Shown here: positions 28,524-42,641 of the stretch, piece by piece
How positions within the stretch are numbered: the stretch's first letter is position 1
How the letters are laid out: each line of letters starts with the position of its first letter
IMG/VR virus record: IMGVR_UViG_3300046450_001953
Span: 3,414-67,413 of that record
DNA from: a virus
Reading direction: 5' to 3' (one strand)
Length of the DNA: 64,000 bases
Translations under genes and position numbers: made by a program
Notes under the pieces: model-generated
What the model was told of the DNA's origin: nothing
Databases searched by the model: none
Seen by the model: only the letters and a program-made list of their open reading frames with translations

Positions 28524-29965
28524 TGATAAAGTTTATATATCCAGATAAAGATTGTACAATTTATAGCAACTCCACCCGACTAAATACGGGTGCAGATGAG
28601 ATTGTGGAAATAACGGCTGATTTCACCCCAACCCATGGACCAATCATATCAAGAACCCTCATCAGTTTCCAACAAGAAGATTTAGTAAAATTCAAAAAAC
28701 TCGGTGCGAGGTTTGTTTTAAAACTCAAGGTGGTTAGTAGTCTTGAACTGGATCATGTATGCGAAATAGAAGCATATCCAGTTTCCGAGAGTTGGCAAGA
28801 GGGCAAAGGCCGATTCGCGGATGCCGAGCATACATATCCGGGTGCAACATGGATACATAGAAATGAAGCTCAGACGAGGTGGAGTGTTGACAAAGCAATT
28901 GAAATAGCCGGCGGTGGTGGTGCGTGGTTTTCGTCAGTTAAAAATACAGAATCTGGGGAAGATGTTACTATAAGTAAATCCCACAAACTTAATAAGGTCA
29001 CATCCGATGTGGAACTTGATATAACGACATTTGTACATTACTGGATCTCTGGTTCAATTGAGAACCACGGAATTTTATTAAAATTTAAAGATGATACAAA
29101 ATCTAGATCAGGAAATATTAAGTTTTTCTCATCAAACACAAACACGATATATTCACCATATGTTGAGGTGGCGATATTTGATTATGAATTTAATCCATAT
29201 ATTGAACAACCGGTGACAATTAAGTCCCTGACCCCCGATTCTCTTGATACTACGGGTTCTCTTGACACCGGTTCTCTTGATACTACGGGTTCTCTTGACA
29301 CCGGTTCTCTTGATACTACGGGTTCTCTTGACACCGGTTCTCTTGATACTACGGGTTCTCTTGACACCGGTTCTCTTGATACGGGTTCTCTTGATACGGG
29401 TTCTCTTGATACTACGGGTTCTCTTGATACTACGGGTTCTCTTGACACCGGTTCTCTTGACACCGGTTCTCTTGATACGGGTTCTCTTGACACCGGTTCT
29501 CTTGATACGGGTTCTCTTGACACCGGTTCTCTTGATACTGGCTCTCTAGAGTCAACATCGGTGGAAACTATATTATCACCCGACTTAATTCAACTGAACT
29601 CGGAAAATATATCAATGTCAATTGGTGATATTAAAAACAAATATCCAAAAAATCAAATAGAAAAAATGAGAGTGGGTATCCGGGATATGTTTCCAAAAAA
29701 GAAGTTTTCCAACCGAATGAGATATGCTTCAAATAATTTTGTAGAGGAATCCCTATATTACTCCGTCAGAGATGCAGAAACTGAGGAGGTAATCATAGAC
29801 CACTCTGAATATACAAAAATCTCATGTGATACCCAGGGGCATTACTTTATATTTGATTTCAGTTGCTTGAGTCGCGGCCGCCTGTATAAATTTTTATTAA
29901 AATACCGAGGCCTCGGCGTAGAAAAGACATTCACAGACGATAGAACTTTTATGATAGTGAGTTAA
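28523..29965 (+). CDS. Virion structural protein with internal SLDT(T)G repeat
   Basis: KDCTIY...NTGADEI...SRTLI.F...SWQEGKG...NHGILLK...KFFSSNTNTIYSPY. Lies in the baseplate operon. Confidence 0.8.
   Translation: MIKFIYPDKDCTIYSNSTRLNTGADEIVEITADFTPTHGPIISRTLISFQQEDLVKFKKLGARFVLKLKVVSSLELDHVCEIEAYPVSESWQEGKGRFADAEHTYPGATWIHRNEAQTRWSVDKAIEIAGGGGAWFSSVKNTESGEDVTISKSHKLNKVTSDVELDITTFVHYWISGSIENHGILLKFKDDTKSRSGNIKFFSSNTNTIYSPYVEVAIFDYEFNPYIEQPVTIKSLTPDSLDTTGSLDTGSLDTTGSLDTGSLDTTGSLDTGSLDTTGSLDTGSLDTGSLDTGSLDTTGSLDTTGSLDTGSLDTGSLDTGSLDTGSLDTGSLDTGSLDTGSLESTSVETILSPDLIQLNSENISMSIGDIKNKYPKNQIEKMRVGIRDMFPKKKFSNRMRYASNNFVEESLYYSVRDAETEEVIIDHSEYTKISCDTQGHYFIFDFSCLSRGRLYKFLLKYRGLGVEKTFTDDRTFMIVS
29240..29551 (+). 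repeat. Coding tandem repeat of 15- and 18-nt units (SLDTG / SLDTTG), 19 units
   Basis: Units TCTCTTGACACCGGT, TCTCTTGATACGGGT and TCTCTTGATACTACGGGT. Confidence 0.95.
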
Positions 29966-29967
29966 TT

Positions 29968-30537
29968 ATGAACACCAACATCCCAAATTACATAAAAGTA
30001 TACGACCTAGATCAGTCCGATTTATTGGATGTGCTTGCGGGTGGAGATATAAATGAAAATATTGATTCCACTGGTAACCATATCATAGATGCCAGTAAAG
30101 ACGACATCTCCAATTCTCTAATAAAAATAACACAATCTCGTATGGAGTTCGATGATGGTAAAATTGAACAAAACTATAACACAATGTTCACGGAATTCAC
30201 AAACAACCTTCCGTCAGCGGACCTTGATTTAATGATTGAAGATGACATTCAGAGTGTAAGTGACAATCAACTTCGGAGAGAGGCCGTTCTGGAAACTCAG
30301 ATTGATGAATTATCCAAGATTTTGGAACAGGAGGCACATCAGAACACTAAGGTAAAAGAAGATGCCGAGGAAACTTACAACGCCATGCGGGCCGTTATAA
30401 TTGAGCAAAGAATTAAAAACAACGAAGGAAGCTCCGAATCCGACTTCACCGGTGCATTTCCGTTCTTACCAAAAGAAGCACCCTCGGCACCTGACACCTC
30501 ATACGATCCCGCACCATTCGCGGCAAAACCTACATAA
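29968..30537 (+). CDS. Hypothetical structural protein (coiled coil)
   Basis: 189-aa ORF in the structural operon. Confidence 0.75.
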   Translation: MNTNIPNYIKVYDLDQSDLLDVLAGGDINENIDSTGNHIIDASKDDISNSLIKITQSRMEFDDGKIEQNYNTMFTEFTNNLPSADLDLMIEDDIQSVSDNQLRREAVLETQIDELSKILEQEAHQNTKVKEDAEETYNAMRAVIIEQRIKNNEGSSESDFTGAFPFLPKEAPSAPDTSYDPAPFAAKPT

Positions 30538-30550
30538 AAAATAAAGGGTT

Positions 30551-33500
30551 ATGGAAACATTTTTTCAGCATACATACGCATCGAATGTAGATACCAAAAC
30601 AAACTCTCTCCGTGGAAGTTTGATCCCAACCCAAGATTTTCAAAAAATTAGGGATGTTGAGCAACCTGGTATCAAGTTTGGTAAGAACGCGAAGGATGTT
30701 ATAGAATTTTCTGTGTTTTCCCCTCGGAATGAAATTTTCGGTTGGAAACTTGTAGAACAAGCACCCAACTATATAACTAAGCAGTTTTCGTATAAAACAC
30801 CAGCAGGAGAACTTAATACCAGAACCATATCTTATTTAGATACCTTGTACCCAACAACATCCGACCGCGGTATTTTAATATCACCGAAACACGAACTAGG
30901 ACAATTGGGTGTAACGCAGGGTGAATTTAAGATTAAAATATCATATAGAAATGATATAGTTGGTTCTTTTGATAATCCATATAAGTTTATAATAAAAGAC
31001 ATATCTAGTTCTAGAACTGAAATTCGTGCATTCCCCCAGTCATTAAAAACTACACAAAACCCAGATCAGGTAGCATTCAATTTTGAATATAATAATTTTC
31101 TTAACAAACAAGTTGTAGTTGGTTCACTTGTGGACCGTGTCGGTGATTTATTGAAAACCGAGTTATTTACATCTGAATTAGAAACAAAGAAGTTTAGTAG
31201 TAACACATCCGACTACGACTCTTACATTAAAAAGATAGAGAAATCATTCTCCATATCAGAAATTGAACTTCTGAGGGAGTTGGATCAACTTTATATTTCA
31301 CTTAGTGATTTCTATAAAAATTTTATATTTGGTAGTTCTAATTCTGTATTTAACAAAGAAAAATTTTACTTAGAATATATAAATTCAATTGACTTTACGT
31401 TGAATAACTTTTCACGTTTTTTACAAGAACCAAATGAAGATATAAAAGTATTCTATAAATATATGCTACTTCAAATGTTTGACTCTGCCTTGTTGGATAG
31501 TATTTTTTATGAGAAGTTCGATAAATATCTGGCCAATTTATTAAACTTAGGAAACGGAATAAGTGTACCGATTTTAAAATACACAAATTATACGGACGAG
31601 TCACTTGGTAAAAGTGCCAACGATGTTCTTTTAATTAAGCTCCTCACTCCACTCGACGAAGCAATTACCGAGGAAACGCAGTTTTACATATCACAGAACT
31701 TATATTCAGATGATATTATTAAAAACATAATCCTCAGAACAACACCAGACGATTCATCCCGTACATTTAAGTTAAGAGGCCCGGATATTTCTCAAAAAAT
31801 AACAACCGACACCACAAAAAAATATACCCTACACGGAGATACAGATGGTCTGTTGGATGAAGACATGGGTTCGGCTGAAAAATATTTTAAGACAACAAAC
31901 GATGAAGTGTCAAATCTTAATATAGACTACACGGATTTCAAAAATTTTGTAAAGTTTTCCTCCGCTCGTGCAAGGGTTGATAATTTTGTTTTAAAACTAA
32001 CTAAAATTTCTAAAATAAAAACAAGAATAAACGACTATAATAGAAAAATAAACTCAATTGATAATAAACTATCTATGGGTGAGGTTGAAGAAACAACAGC
32101 ACTGGATTCGATATCAGTAATGAGAACTGGTGATATTAAAAAACTATACTCTGAGATTTATGATATAATTTCAACATTTACACCATACGAAAAATATTTG
32201 TATTATGATAGTAGTGAGACTTCCTGGCCTCGGGAAACATCGTTTAGTTTATATGGTTTTACAAACGCAGTTTCACCGGCAAATGGTGTGTATAAATTAC
32301 GAATGCATAGGAAATATGATCTAGATAAAGTTTTTACAAACGAAGTAGACCGAGCATGGAAGATCCAGTGGGATTCACTTATAAGTAAGTGGCAACTCTT
32401 TAATGAAGAGCTGGGTTTTCATATATACTCAAATACACAAAATTTAAGCTCTGGGTTTACATCAAACGAATCCGACAATAAATCAGAGGAAACAACAAAG
32501 AATCACGTTGGATTTGATAGACAAGAATCTGCGTTTAGTAGAATCTACATAGATGCGGAGTATAAAGACAAAGTGGCTATTTTTCCACCCGAACATATAC
32601 CCACGGATATGAGTGACTTTAAGCAAACCGATGGGTTTGCTTGGTACAAGAAAACCGCGGCAGCTGCTGAGTTATATGACAAGCACAATGACGATTCCTT
32701 GAGAAATAGCATTCCTGAGTTTTTGGTAAGAACAAATGAAAATGATGACTTTACTTCATTCTTAAACATGATAGGAGAGCAATTCGATATTCTGCTCGTT
32801 TATATCGAGGCCATGACGGACATGGCAAGTGTAAGAAATTCATACTCAAAGGGAGTACCCAACCAACTTGTTTGGTTTGTAATGAACTCATTCGGAGTTA
32901 AATTTACAGGACGAGCGGTAGATGAATTGTCAATCAGTAAAATCTTTGAAGAAAATAGAAATACCGTCTGGAGGAGAATATTAAACAACCTGCCATATAT
33001 TCTAAAAAGTTCGGGAACAGAAGAGTCACTTAGGGCGTTGTTTCGTTGTTATGGTATACCAGATTATCTATTTAGTATACGTGAATATGGAGGTATGAGG
33101 CACGGCACAGACGCCACCGATGACGATGCTACATTTAGAATTGACACCCATGATTATGCACTTAAATTTACCGAACCCGACCAATATATAGAAGTTCCTC
33201 TGCAACCCGATAAAGTTAACGAGGGTGCGGTGTCAATTGAACTCCGTGTCAGTATTGATACTGACGTGTTTAAAACTGCCAAAGAATATACATCATTTAA
33301 CCCGGTGGAAGCCGGTAAGATACCAAGCAACATGGGGTGGGAGAAACCAATTGATAAGATTATAGAAGAATCTGATTTTCTAATTGGAAGCAAACGACCA
33401 AGATTTTATAGCAAGAGAGAATCTGATAATTCATATATACACCCCGGATGGGATGTCAATTCCGACATAGCACTTTCTTGGAAAAACTTCCGAGAGGGTG

Positions 33501-36500
33501 TGTCATTTTCTTATCCCAAAGTCGCGTCCGGTAATATACCCGCGTTTATGACAATTTATTCGGACGAGGCCAAGTTAGGAACGAATCACGGAGATTCACG
33601 TGACTACGACCCCATACACACTCTTGCAGAAATTGGAGCTCAAGAAACTTTAAATGGTCAAGTGGTCCGGTTGTTATTTAACCAAGGATTAAGTAATCAC
33701 CAAAACACAGACAACAAGAGGAATCAGGATTTTTATATAGACTTCATGTTTCGGGGAACCACCGCAGGGGTTCACATGACGATATCCGAACTCAGAGAGG
33801 GTGGTTCACAAGAACTCCGGTTTCAGGGTTATTTCCCCATAATACACACCCCTGCGTGGGAGTTTGGTGTATACAGAGATGAGAATAATTATCCCGATGA
33901 ATACGGAAAATTTTATTTCAATTTGAACAATTCTGACGGAACCTGTATGTGTCCTTCAACTTTATCAAATCCCATTTATTTTGGTGAGAATAAAGAATAT
34001 GATATTTTAATAACCAAGTCCTCAGAAGACCACCACAGGGATTCAGAATTGAAACTTGTGGTTAAGAGAGTTTATGACGCCGACATATTGTTCGAGGACT
34101 CCAACTCGATTTTAATCTCAAGTTATTCAAGCAGACGAATTATGGAAACAGAAAAGTTTACACTTGGAAACTTCTATGAAGGTTCGTTTTTAGGAACACT
34201 TGATAGACTCCGGGTATACGCAGAAGAAATAAGTGAAAGTAGATTCACTAACCATATAAATCACAATCAGGGTTACGATATTGATGATTCGTTGAATTTA
34301 AAGGATAACTTGATCGTTAAGGTTAATTTTGATTACCCATATGACATTCACGGTGATATAGACAGTCCGGGTAAGATTAAAAATTATATCTTGGACGATG
34401 ACGAATCTTATATAAGTGCAGTCAACTTCACGACCACAGATTTCCCATATGATTTTACTGGAAAGAGCAGACGGGAACATACTCGGTTGCCAACCTTCGG
34501 AGCTCAGGTATTTAATAACAATAAAATAAGAATTGAAGAGCAAACTAAGATAGCACCCCTTAGTCCCTTCGGCCGCTCAACCAAGAAAGCAAAGGATAGA
34601 CATTCAGTAGATACAAATTCACTTGGGGTCTATTTTAGTCCGTCTGATATAATTAACCGAGAGATTATACGATTTATGGGTAACTTTGATTTGGGTAATT
34701 TAATAGGTGACCCATCTGACACCCACGCAACTTCGTATAGAAAACTAGAGAGCTTCAAAAAAATATTTTTTGATAATGGATTTGGTAATCTGGACATACA
34801 GAGATATTTTAATTTGATAAAGTCTTATATTGATCCATCTTTGTTTGAGAATATGGAAAAACTTATCCCTGCCCGAGCAAATCTTATTTCTGGGTTGTTG
34901 GTAGAACCCACTTTGTTGGAGAGAAACAAAATCATACCACCTCGGATTAGTTCACATTCATGGATTGATGAGAAAAAGAAAAAAAATAACAAGGAGTATG
35001 TAACTAATATTTTAAGTGTGAATTTTGACATATTGTCAACGAAGTCTAAAAATAAAAACATATCCAGTTTTGCAAACGAACGGAGTTATATCAAGTCATC
35101 TGGTGATGATTTCAAGTTAATGCACGAAGCTAACATCAACTCTTATGATAAAAAACAGAGTTATACATACGACTACAATTTTGGTGGATCGTTTATAGGA
35201 GAACATGAGTCGGATAAAACACGGGATGTCTTCGCTGTACATGGGTGTGTAGATATTAACAACACTCTATATAAGATTGAAAAGACCAAAACAATATTAC
35301 AATTAGGTTCTGAGTATGGTGGTAGTCGGGTAGACTATGATGTGTTATTTAATGATGGAATACAGATAAGTGGATTCACCGATGGGATGGAATCTGCCAA
35401 TGGTGTATATGAGTTTAAACTTCGGGGCAGTTCTGGGTTACCTGTGTTTACAAACGAGACCAGAAAGTGGTGGGTTTTCTATTCTAACTACATGGGTTCT
35501 TGGATAATTGCTTCGGATAATACTATTGGTGGTGGAAAGAAACTGGCCCTCGGAAAAACCAAAAATTATAAAAACTATACATGGATTTCCGGTAACAAAC
35601 TTACAGATACTAACACAAAGACACCCGACTGGTTTAGCACCGGGTTTCGCCAATCACTCCCATCAGACAACCTCCCCGAAAAAAACACAGACTACTTTGC
35701 CCGAGTAAATTTCATATCAACATATGACAGATTTATAGATGTAGACGCATATTTGCAAGGTTGGGTCAATGTGGAAATGGTCGGAATATATCAGGGTACA
35801 TACACAGAACGAACGACTGACTCCACCACAAACACCATATCAGACAACGTCTACCCCAAAGATCAATATGTGTTCTCTGGATCCAATGTGTATGCCTACC
35901 TTAACGGTACATTCAGAGGAAAGTTGCAAAACGGTTGGGTTGGTGGTGCAAGTGTCAATGAAACCGATGCAGATAAGGTTATCCGGATAGTTGGTGAGTT
36001 CAATGGAGTTAAATACGAGTCGTGTGAAAACCCACATTACACATCGGGTAACATCAACTCACTTGTGAGTTTTGCCAATCGCGATAAATTGGTTTTTGAT
36101 TTTAGAAATTACGAAAGTGACACGGTTACATTTACACCCAAAGAATTTGATTCGGTTAATTTGGTTAAAATTCCAGAAGAACTGATCAGTAAAAATAAAA
36201 TAGATTTTAAATTTCTAGGAGACTTCAAGGTAGAGTTATCGGGGACGTCCGACTCAGACAACTTTAGCAGTGGGGAGTATGCTAACACTCATGTGTATCA
36301 GACCACAGACACATTTCACTCTCCTGTTATATATGAATGTGATGTGAAGTTCGGTATAAGCATGAAATCGTCTGCTATTCTAGATGCAATACCCCTTGCT
36401 CAGAATATTGCCTTCAAACCACAAAAGAAACACCTCTCCAAAAAAGTAAACAACTCAATCCTTGGTCTAAAGTTTTCCCCCAACGGTAAGATTGAGGGAG

Positions 36501-39500
36501 TGGAAATATTAAATGTAGGTGGGAATTTTGTACCCGGTTATATATACAACGAATCGGGTAAACAAGAAACAAACAAGATAGTTGATTTTATGTCTGATAT
36601 AGAGTCTAATGTAAATACGGAGATTCTGAATTCAACTGTAGATACAATCCAGCATTATATAGATACCGACGTACACTTTGGAATTGTTGTGATTGGTGGA
36701 AGCACAACCGACTTTGATGTAGCACTTTTAGTCTTGTTTGAAAAGAATACTTCATTCACCAACAAGATATGTAGTAATTTAAACTTAAATAAAACAAGAA
36801 CAACAAAAATTAAGGAAGCAGTTTCATTTGAAACAACTTCTATGCACGTAGGTAAACTCCCACAATACATAAAAGATATAGAAATACTCACCTCGGGTCG
36901 TGGGTATGTGGGAACAGAGCAAGTCGTAATTGGAGGAACAAAACCAGACAATTGGAAAAGTTCATGGCCACAACGGGCCACCGTATCTGAGTTATTCATA
37001 TTAGATGAAACAGATGGATCGATAGTTAGGGTGAACCCACACCACTATATGCTCACCGGAATAAATTGGTCATCCGATAACACTGTTACGTTTTCATCTA
37101 CACCAACGATAACTATAAATAAACCAGACTTGAGTGACGATGAAGATCAACCACTCCCCAAACTTGCCCACGCCCGATGCATCACCGGAGAACCTACTCC
37201 CTTGGTAAATGTTAATGTGGATATTTTAAATTTTGGAAATTTACAAGTTGGTGACGAGATCGGCCGACCGTTAGATTCCGGAACGTCTATGTTTTTTAAG
37301 ACCCAGTCAATGCTTAGATATGACACCGGGTTGGTACACTCTAAGCAAGTAAACATTCAAACAACAGACCGACCAACCGACTCAAAACTTGATATGTGCA
37401 GTGTAGTGTTGTTAACCAGCAATTCACTTACCGAATTTGAAGTTTATGTAGACACTAAATTAAAAGAGGTAATGCGAACGGATATGTGCGGAAACAACTC
37501 ACCAGTCTCCTCAGATACCTATGACATCCAGGTATTAAATTTCGGCGAGGTCCACGAACCTGAACACGACATCACCTATATCAATAGTGGAGTCCCCGTG
37601 AATAATTTCTTTTTAATGACAAACGAATACGAGGAAGCTGAACTCCAAGGGAGTCTGGGCGATGATCAGTATGTAGATAAACTTTCCGCGGATTATACAA
37701 ATAGAACTTCGACCGGGTTTCTTAGAATTTCTGGTTTTTATGGATTGGCCTCCTCCGCAAACGGTATGTATCAAATGAAAACCGATGTTGCATATTGTGA
37801 TTCACCAAATACGAACAATCAAACACCAATTCCAACATATGTAAACGAAGGCATGGACTGGATTCTTGAATATGACGAACACACAGCCCACTGGGTTCTT
37901 AGGAATGTTAAAAACTTAAACTATATAGTATCAAGTACAAAATATATAGAAGATGGTTTCCTTGCCACCACCGATAATAATACTGGATTTTTTAATGGAG
38001 ATGAACTCATAATATTGGATGACTACACCGTTGATCGTAACGGGGTGGTCTTTGATGAGGATATGAATATAATCGGCCATGAGTTTCAACATGCAGATGT
38101 TAAGGTTCATAATCGGTTTAAGATCACCCCAAACAAACTATTTTTTGAACTTAACAAAGGAAAGTTTAATAACTTTTTGATTTGGAAACTCAGAATTCAA
38201 TCTCGCAAAAATGCTTCGTTTATATATGACATTCCTATTGTGTATATTAATACCGATTTTGAAGATGCATCCTTTTTAAGCAAATATGATCAAGTGCAAA
38301 CCCGACTAAAAACACTTAACATCATACAATACCAAGAAACCAGTATATGTGAGTTGAATTTCCAAAACGCAGTTGATTGGAAAATTTCAGTTCCTGAGAC
38401 ATCATATGGGGTTTTCTCCAATGATGTTGAAATTAAAACCCACGGAAAAACTTTATTGTCTGCGGGGGTGTGTACCAAACTGAAGTCGCACACCAATACG
38501 GCCGGTCCGTATTATTATGTGGGTGGTGATATAGTGAACAAGTTCAATTCTAAAATAATGTTCTCTGATTATTATTCTAATTGGAAACTTGTATCGGGTA
38601 GTAATGAGGATACATTGCTTAGAAGCAAAAACTACCCCGCGGTGGGTATATACAAAACAACCACCAAAAACATAATAGGGGTGTGTAAATATGAAACCTA
38701 TGGGTCTGAGTTGGTGGTTTCTGTGTCTAGGTTTGACCAAGAGTATTCTGATGCGAATGGTATATATCGAAGTGTCGGATATTTGTCCACGGGGGAGTAT
38801 ATGTTCCGAAACGAAAACAATTGGATATTTTTCACAACCAACAACGGAGACAACTGGACAATCCAAGACTCAACTAGGTATCCATCTTATATAATCAAAG
38901 AGGAAAACCAAGTATCTCAATCAGGAGTATACACAGATACATCGGGGTTGGTAAAGGTCTATGTTAATTTCGGAATTAAATTTGAATTTGAGAATAGTAG
39001 GGATTTTATAGGAGTCAATACCGACAACCTAAAATTAACTAGTCAGACCAATAGTCTCATGGTGTATACTCCAACTGGGTTGGAAAAGACCAATGTAGAT
39101 GATGTCTCCCTTGATATTAAATTTGAGTGCATATACGCACAGACCAAAACGGATTATTATCAAACCATACCATGTGAGTCCCGAGCCAGTCATTTAGACC
39201 TCAGTCGGTATGGTGATTTAATATTTAATTCAAACTTAGAGATAGTTAATAACGATGAAACTGAAGTATTGAGCATAGAACTTGTTTCATCCAAAACTGA
39301 TAATTTAAATAAAGAGAATAGTTCTATGCAAGTTTTGCTCTCTGATGATATGATAAGCAACGGAGTTATTAATGAAGATTTTTATTCTAATAGATTTGAT
39401 TCTAATAAAAAATACTACATAGATGATTTGGTATATTACAATACTAATATGTGGAAGTGTAAAAAAGAAACTCCTGACAACCGCAGTGTCGTACCGGGGG

Positions 39501-41692
39501 TCGATTTTGATCATGATAGATATTGGGTAACCAACGACTCAAACTATTTTGTTGATATGAAAATCTCCATGCAAACCTCCACGAAAAAAGAAACCTACAA
39601 AACAACCAAAATCATACAGAAGCACTCCAAGACATACAAAACACCATTTGTTGAATTTTTCGAATCCAGAAGTTCTATTGAGTCTGGTGTAGATTTACCG
39701 ACTGAGTGTTTTATTAAAAAATCATATGATATTGAAAAAGAATATCAACCGCATGATATATCTGCAATTGGAACTGGGGCGGATGTATTGGAATTCGGCC
39801 GACAAACAAAACATACAAACAACGGATATACAAGAAATACTAAAATTTCCGTAAACGGAGAAGACACCACTGTTAGCCAGTCGGGGTATTTGTGTAAGAA
39901 GCCTGCGATTGTCAGAACCCCAAAACCCCGTCAAAATAGTGGAGGCGTGGAGTTTGGTGACTCATTTTGGTTCAATCAGGATAAAGCACATTCTATAATA
40001 GAAACCAACACAGACTTAATGTTTGAGAAACCTGAAAATGACCCAATCGTTTCTTTTACATTTGAGGAGTACAACTTGGTAGATGAGGTCACACTTGTGG
40101 TAGACCGACTTGCAGGAGAACATATAACAGGTGCGAATGGAGAGTACACGAAGACAGATAGATCATATAATAATAATAATGTGTTTGTGAAGGGTGGGGT
40201 GTGGTTTATTTACAAAGATACATCTTGTTGGATATTAACAAATTCACAGAGCTTTGTAGACCCCGACACACTAAGTGCTTCTGATAGTGCATGGACTACT
40301 ACGAATTCCGAACGAATTGATAGTGATTTAAACGGAAATCACGGAAGCAGTTCAGAGTTTATAAATGAACGAGGTGTGGTAGATGTTGTGTGCAAAACAT
40401 CAATAACCCCCACCCCCGATCCCGAACCAACCCCAACTCCCGAACCAACCCCAACTCCCGAACCAACTCCAACCTCATGGGAGTCACCATCCACACCCGT
40501 CCCAGTGCTGACCCCAACCCCCTCAACTGACATCGGAGTGACACCGACACCAACACACACACCAACCCCAGAACCCGAAGAACCTACAACTACACCAGGT
40601 CCGTTTTTATTTGAATTTGATAACTATGCAATAACACGTGAACGATATGATCTATCAAACGAGGATTCCACACAAGTCGAGGCAAAAATTAAAGAAGATT
40701 TGTTTAATACCAACTATAATGTTGACTCAATTGCAACCGTAGAGGATTTACTTGAAGACGAATCACTTCTTGGAAAAATACCCGACGAGATAAAAACATT
40801 TAATATAAAAGTGGCAAACTATGTAAAGTTGGTAGGAGGTGATATCAAAGAGGGTTCGGTATCTAGTTATGCTTGGAACCCAGACGGAATATTGAAAAAC
40901 GGTACACATAGATCATTTTATATGTCAAAAAGGCAAGGAGGTCGCCAACACACGTATGATAACCAATATCAGTTTGATGAGTATGGATATTATATAAAAA
41001 GTTGGTTTGGTCCCCGCAACGTATTGGTTAAACTAAAAAACCAAATTGAACGAGTTAAATACCCAACTGCAAGTTCTGGACTGCACGATGGAATTTTAAT
41101 TAAATGGAAAGCATCTCCCAATGCAGATTATGTTAGACTAGAAAAGAAGGTCGGTGAGGAATGGGAAACAGTAGAAGATAAATTATCTCAAGTATACTCA
41201 GTTTCTGGATACATGGATACTTCCACATCCGAATCTCAGAGTGTGGAATATAGAATTATCGCAGTTGGTTCATCAAAAACCGAAGCAAACTCGGACTCAT
41301 TTTTTGGATGGAAACTTGGAATGCCAACAAAACCTTCTCATATAAGTGCTTCTTATATGGACTTTTCTGATAAAATAAAAGTTGATTGGGATGTTTCTGG
41401 TATGACAAATACATTTAATAAGACAGCCGATTTTACAATATTGAGATCAGAGACAAATAATTTTGACGAGTATTCCAAGTTCACAACAATTGCCACAGGG
41501 GTAACTAAAACTCCATACTATGATATGTTCACCGAGTCAGATTTCGATGATAGGGTATATTGGTATATGGTTGTTGCAAACAACGCAAAATCCAATAACC
41601 TGAGTTCAAGTGAATATGAGGAAAAAAGTAACTGGTCAGATTCCGTGTCGGGCCGTCTAATCGAAGGTTTTAATTTCAGTCAGGAGGAATAA
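30551..41692 (+). CDS. Giant baseplate/tail-associated protein (3713 aa) with LamG-like, SWKNxRE, CBM5/12-like, PT-linker and two FN3 domains
   Basis: Baseplate-like core ([16 protein letters not shown]...LRAL..CYG), LamG-like [19 protein letters not shown]...WKC module (~39395-39530), and C-terminal FN3 pairs (I.W...Y.D...YRI.AV). Confidence 0.8.
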   Translation: METFFQHTYASNVDTKTNSLRGSLIPTQDFQKIRDVEQPGIKFGKNAKDVIEFSVFSPRNEIFGWKLVEQAPNYITKQFSYKTPAGELNTRTISYLDTLYPTTSDRGILISPKHELGQLGVTQGEFKIKISYRNDIVGSFDNPYKFIIKDISSSRTEIRAFPQSLKTTQNPDQVAFNFEYNNFLNKQVVVGSLVDRVGDLLKTELFTSELETKKFSSNTSDYDSYIKKIEKSFSISEIELLRELDQLYISLSDFYKNFIFGSSNSVFNKEKFYLEYINSIDFTLNNFSRFLQEPNEDIKVFYKYMLLQMFDSALLDSIFYEKFDKYLANLLNLGNGISVPILKYTNYTDESLGKSANDVLLIKLLTPLDEAITEETQFYISQNLYSDDIIKNIILRTTPDDSSRTFKLRGPDISQKITTDTTKKYTLHGDTDGLLDEDMGSAEKYFKTTNDEVSNLNIDYTDFKNFVKFSSARARVDNFVLKLTKISKIKTRINDYNRKINSIDNKLSMGEVEETTALDSISVMRTGDIKKLYSEIYDIISTFTPYEKYLYYDSSETSWPRETSFSLYGFTNAVSPANGVYKLRMHRKYDLDKVFTNEVDRAWKIQWDSLISKWQLFNEELGFHIYSNTQNLSSGFTSNESDNKSEETTKNHVGFDRQESAFSRIYIDAEYKDKVAIFPPEHIPTDMSDFKQTDGFAWYKKTAAAAELYDKHNDDSLRNSIPEFLVRTNENDDFTSFLNMIGEQFDILLVYIEAMTDMASVRNSYSKGVPNQLVWFVMNSFGVKFTGRAVDELSISKIFEENRNTVWRRILNNLPYILKSSGTEESLRALFRCYGIPDYLFSIREYGGMRHGTDATDDDATFRIDTHDYALKFTEPDQYIEVPLQPDKVNEGAVSIELRVSIDTDVFKTAKEYTSFNPVEAGKIPSNMGWEKPIDKIIEESDFLIGSKRPRFYSKRESDNSYIHPGWDVNSDIALSWKNFREGVSFSYPKVASGNIPAFMTIYSDEAKLGTNHGDSRDYDPIHTLAEIGAQETLNGQVVRLLFNQGLSNHQNTDNKRNQDFYIDFMFRGTTAGVHMTISELREGGSQELRFQGYFPIIHTPAWEFGVYRDENNYPDEYGKFYFNLNNSDGTCMCPSTLSNPIYFGENKEYDILITKSSEDHHRDSELKLVVKRVYDADILFEDSNSILISSYSSRRIMETEKFTLGNFYEGSFLGTLDRLRVYAEEISESRFTNHINHNQGYDIDDSLNLKDNLIVKVNFDYPYDIHGDIDSPGKIKNYILDDDESYISAVNFTTTDFPYDFTGKSRREHTRLPTFGAQVFNNNKIRIEEQTKIAPLSPFGRSTKKAKDRHSVDTNSLGVYFSPSDIINREIIRFMGNFDLGNLIGDPSDTHATSYRKLESFKKIFFDNGFGNLDIQRYFNLIKSYIDPSLFENMEKLIPARANLISGLLVEPTLLERNKIIPPRISSHSWIDEKKKKNNKEYVTNILSVNFDILSTKSKNKNISSFANERSYIKSSGDDFKLMHEANINSYDKKQSYTYDYNFGGSFIGEHESDKTRDVFAVHGCVDINNTLYKIEKTKTILQLGSEYGGSRVDYDVLFNDGIQISGFTDGMESANGVYEFKLRGSSGLPVFTNETRKWWVFYSNYMGSWIIASDNTIGGGKKLALGKTKNYKNYTWISGNKLTDTNTKTPDWFSTGFRQSLPSDNLPEKNTDYFARVNFISTYDRFIDVDAYLQGWVNVEMVGIYQGTYTERTTDSTTNTISDNVYPKDQYVFSGSNVYAYLNGTFRGKLQNGWVGGASVNETDADKVIRIVGEFNGVKYESCENPHYTSGNINSLVSFANRDKLVFDFRNYESDTVTFTPKEFDSVNLVKIPEELISKNKIDFKFLGDFKVELSGTSDSDNFSSGEYANTHVYQTTDTFHSPVIYECDVKFGISMKSSAILDAIPLAQNIAFKPQKKHLSKKVNNSILGLKFSPNGKIEGVEILNVGGNFVPGYIYNESGKQETNKIVDFMSDIESNVNTEILNSTVDTIQHYIDTDVHFGIVVIGGSTTDFDVALLVLFEKNTSFTNKICSNLNLNKTRTTKIKEAVSFETTSMHVGKLPQYIKDIEILTSGRGYVGTEQVVIGGTKPDNWKSSWPQRATVSELFILDETDGSIVRVNPHHYMLTGINWSSDNTVTFSSTPTITINKPDLSDDEDQPLPKLAHARCITGEPTPLVNVNVDILNFGNLQVGDEIGRPLDSGTSMFFKTQSMLRYDTGLVHSKQVNIQTTDRPTDSKLDMCSVVLLTSNSLTEFEVYVDTKLKEVMRTDMCGNNSPVSSDTYDIQVLNFGEVHEPEHDITYINSGVPVNNFFLMTNEYEEAELQGSLGDDQYVDKLSADYTNRTSTGFLRISGFYGLASSANGMYQMKTDVAYCDSPNTNNQTPIPTYVNEGMDWILEYDEHTAHWVLRNVKNLNYIVSSTKYIEDGFLATTDNNTGFFNGDELIILDDYTVDRNGVVFDEDMNIIGHEFQHADVKVHNRFKITPNKLFFELNKGKFNNFLIWKLRIQSRKNASFIYDIPIVYINTDFEDASFLSKYDQVQTRLKTLNIIQYQETSICELNFQNAVDWKISVPETSYGVFSNDVEIKTHGKTLLSAGVCTKLKSHTNTAGPYYYVGGDIVNKFNSKIMFSDYYSNWKLVSGSNEDTLLRSKNYPAVGIYKTTTKNIIGVCKYETYGSELVVSVSRFDQEYSDANGIYRSVGYLSTGEYMFRNENNWIFFTTNNGDNWTIQDSTRYPSYIIKEENQVSQSGVYTDTSGLVKVYVNFGIKFEFENSRDFIGVNTDNLKLTSQTNSLMVYTPTGLEKTNVDDVSLDIKFECIYAQTKTDYYQTIPCESRASHLDLSRYGDLIFNSNLEIVNNDETEVLSIELVSSKTDNLNKENSSMQVLLSDDMISNGVINEDFYSNRFDSNKKYYIDDLVYYNTNMWKCKKETPDNRSVVPGVDFDHDRYWVTNDSNYFVDMKISMQTSTKKETYKTTKIIQKHSKTYKTPFVEFFESRSSIESGVDLPTECFIKKSYDIEKEYQPHDISAIGTGADVLEFGRQTKHTNNGYTRNTKISVNGEDTTVSQSGYLCKKPAIVRTPKPRQNSGGVEFGDSFWFNQDKAHSIIETNTDLMFEKPENDPIVSFTFEEYNLVDEVTLVVDRLAGEHITGANGEYTKTDRSYNNNNVFVKGGVWFIYKDTSCWILTNSQSFVDPDTLSASDSAWTTTNSERIDSDLNGNHGSSSEFINERGVVDVVCKTSITPTPDPEPTPTPEPTPTPEPTPTSWESPSTPVPVLTPTPSTDIGVTPTPTHTPTPEPEEPTTTPGPFLFEFDNYAITRERYDLSNEDSTQVEAKIKEDLFNTNYNVDSIATVEDLLEDESLLGKIPDEIKTFNIKVANYVKLVGGDIKEGSVSSYAWNPDGILKNGTHRSFYMSKRQGGRQHTYDNQYQFDEYGYYIKSWFGPRNVLVKLKNQIERVKYPTASSGLHDGILIKWKASPNADYVRLEKKVGEEWETVEDKLSQVYSVSGYMDTSTSESQSVEYRIIAVGSSKTEANSDSFFGWKLGMPTKPSHISASYMDFSDKIKVDWDVSGMTNTFNKTADFTILRSETNNFDEYSKFTTIATGVTKTPYYDMFTESDFDDRVYWYMVVANNAKSNNLSSSEYEEKSNWSDSVSGRLIEGFNFSQEE

Positions 41693-41693
41693 T

Positions 41694-42584
41694 ATGAGCA
41701 CTATTCATAAAATATTTTCAAAGACACCCGATACGGTCGATGGTGTCTTGTATAATGGAAAGATAGTAAATGCGGGTGATAATCGGAATTTTAAAACTGC
41801 ATTATTTTTTAATAATGAATCCACTAACATAGATAAACCCGTATCTTATGTTGATGTTAATTGTACCTCGTTCCGTTCAAATGAATTATCTTTATCTTTG
41901 TGGATGTACCCAAAGAAGACCAGTTTACCAAATGCCCCCATATTTGTAAATGAGAATGAGAATAATTTTACAGGGGTGTTCTATAACTGCGGTGAAAACG
42001 AAGGAGAACTTGGTGTGATGTGGAACGAAGACAAAAACAGCACTCCGACAAAAACTGGGATTTTAGTATCAGCTACTGGGTGGATACATTTGGTTTTTGT
42101 ATTTAATGCAAATGGCAAGGTGAAATTGTTCGGCAATGGTGTTTATTTGAAGCAAATTGATTTGGGTAGGAGTCTTGATAAGGTAGATTTCTCTGGGATG
42201 AAACTGGGTGGATTCTGCGGCTGGGTAGATGATTTTAATTTGTATACGGATAAATTAAAATACGGAGGGGTGAATGTCGGACAATCTGCTCTGCAAAATA
42301 TTGCCTATTTGTTTAATATAAATCGCATAACTGGGGACTTGGTTACACCTGTCGACATTTCGTCAGAAGAAAATAACGAACCATTCTACTACATACAACC
42401 TACAAAATACACGGATGCCTATAAAAATTACAAGTTACAGAAGATGTATAATCATGAGTATTATGAGGAAGAATCCTTGTATGAAATTGACGACGATACT
42501 AATTCTGGTGAAAAGAGAGTGGCAGACGGTTCATTTAGAACATTTTTAGGAAAGATAGTGGATAATCCCCTCACAGATAAATAA
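41694..42584 (+). CDS. LamG/concanavalin-A-like domain protein
   Basis: LSLSLWMYP...GWIHLVFVF...KLFGNG...FCGWVDDFNLY. Confidence 0.8.
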   Translation: MSTIHKIFSKTPDTVDGVLYNGKIVNAGDNRNFKTALFFNNESTNIDKPVSYVDVNCTSFRSNELSLSLWMYPKKTSLPNAPIFVNENENNFTGVFYNCGENEGELGVMWNEDKNSTPTKTGILVSATGWIHLVFVFNANGKVKLFGNGVYLKQIDLGRSLDKVDFSGMKLGGFCGWVDDFNLYTDKLKYGGVNVGQSALQNIAYLFNINRITGDLVTPVDISSEENNEPFYYIQPTKYTDAYKNYKLQKMYNHEYYEEESLYEIDDDTNSGEKRVADGSFRTFLGKIVDNPLTDK

Positions 42585-42641
42585 AAAGTCTTATATATAA
42601 ATATTTATATGAAATAATTCCCCAACCAAATATATATTACT

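Noticed and set aside
29182-29549. Alternative-frame repeat ORFs (SREPV on minus, LLTPV on plus)
   Set aside because: They are open only because the repeat unit lacks stops in those frames, and they have no independent expression signals.
29240-29551. Possible CRISPR array
   Set aside because: The units are contiguous 15/18-mers with no unique spacers, in frame inside a CDS, and no cas genes are present.
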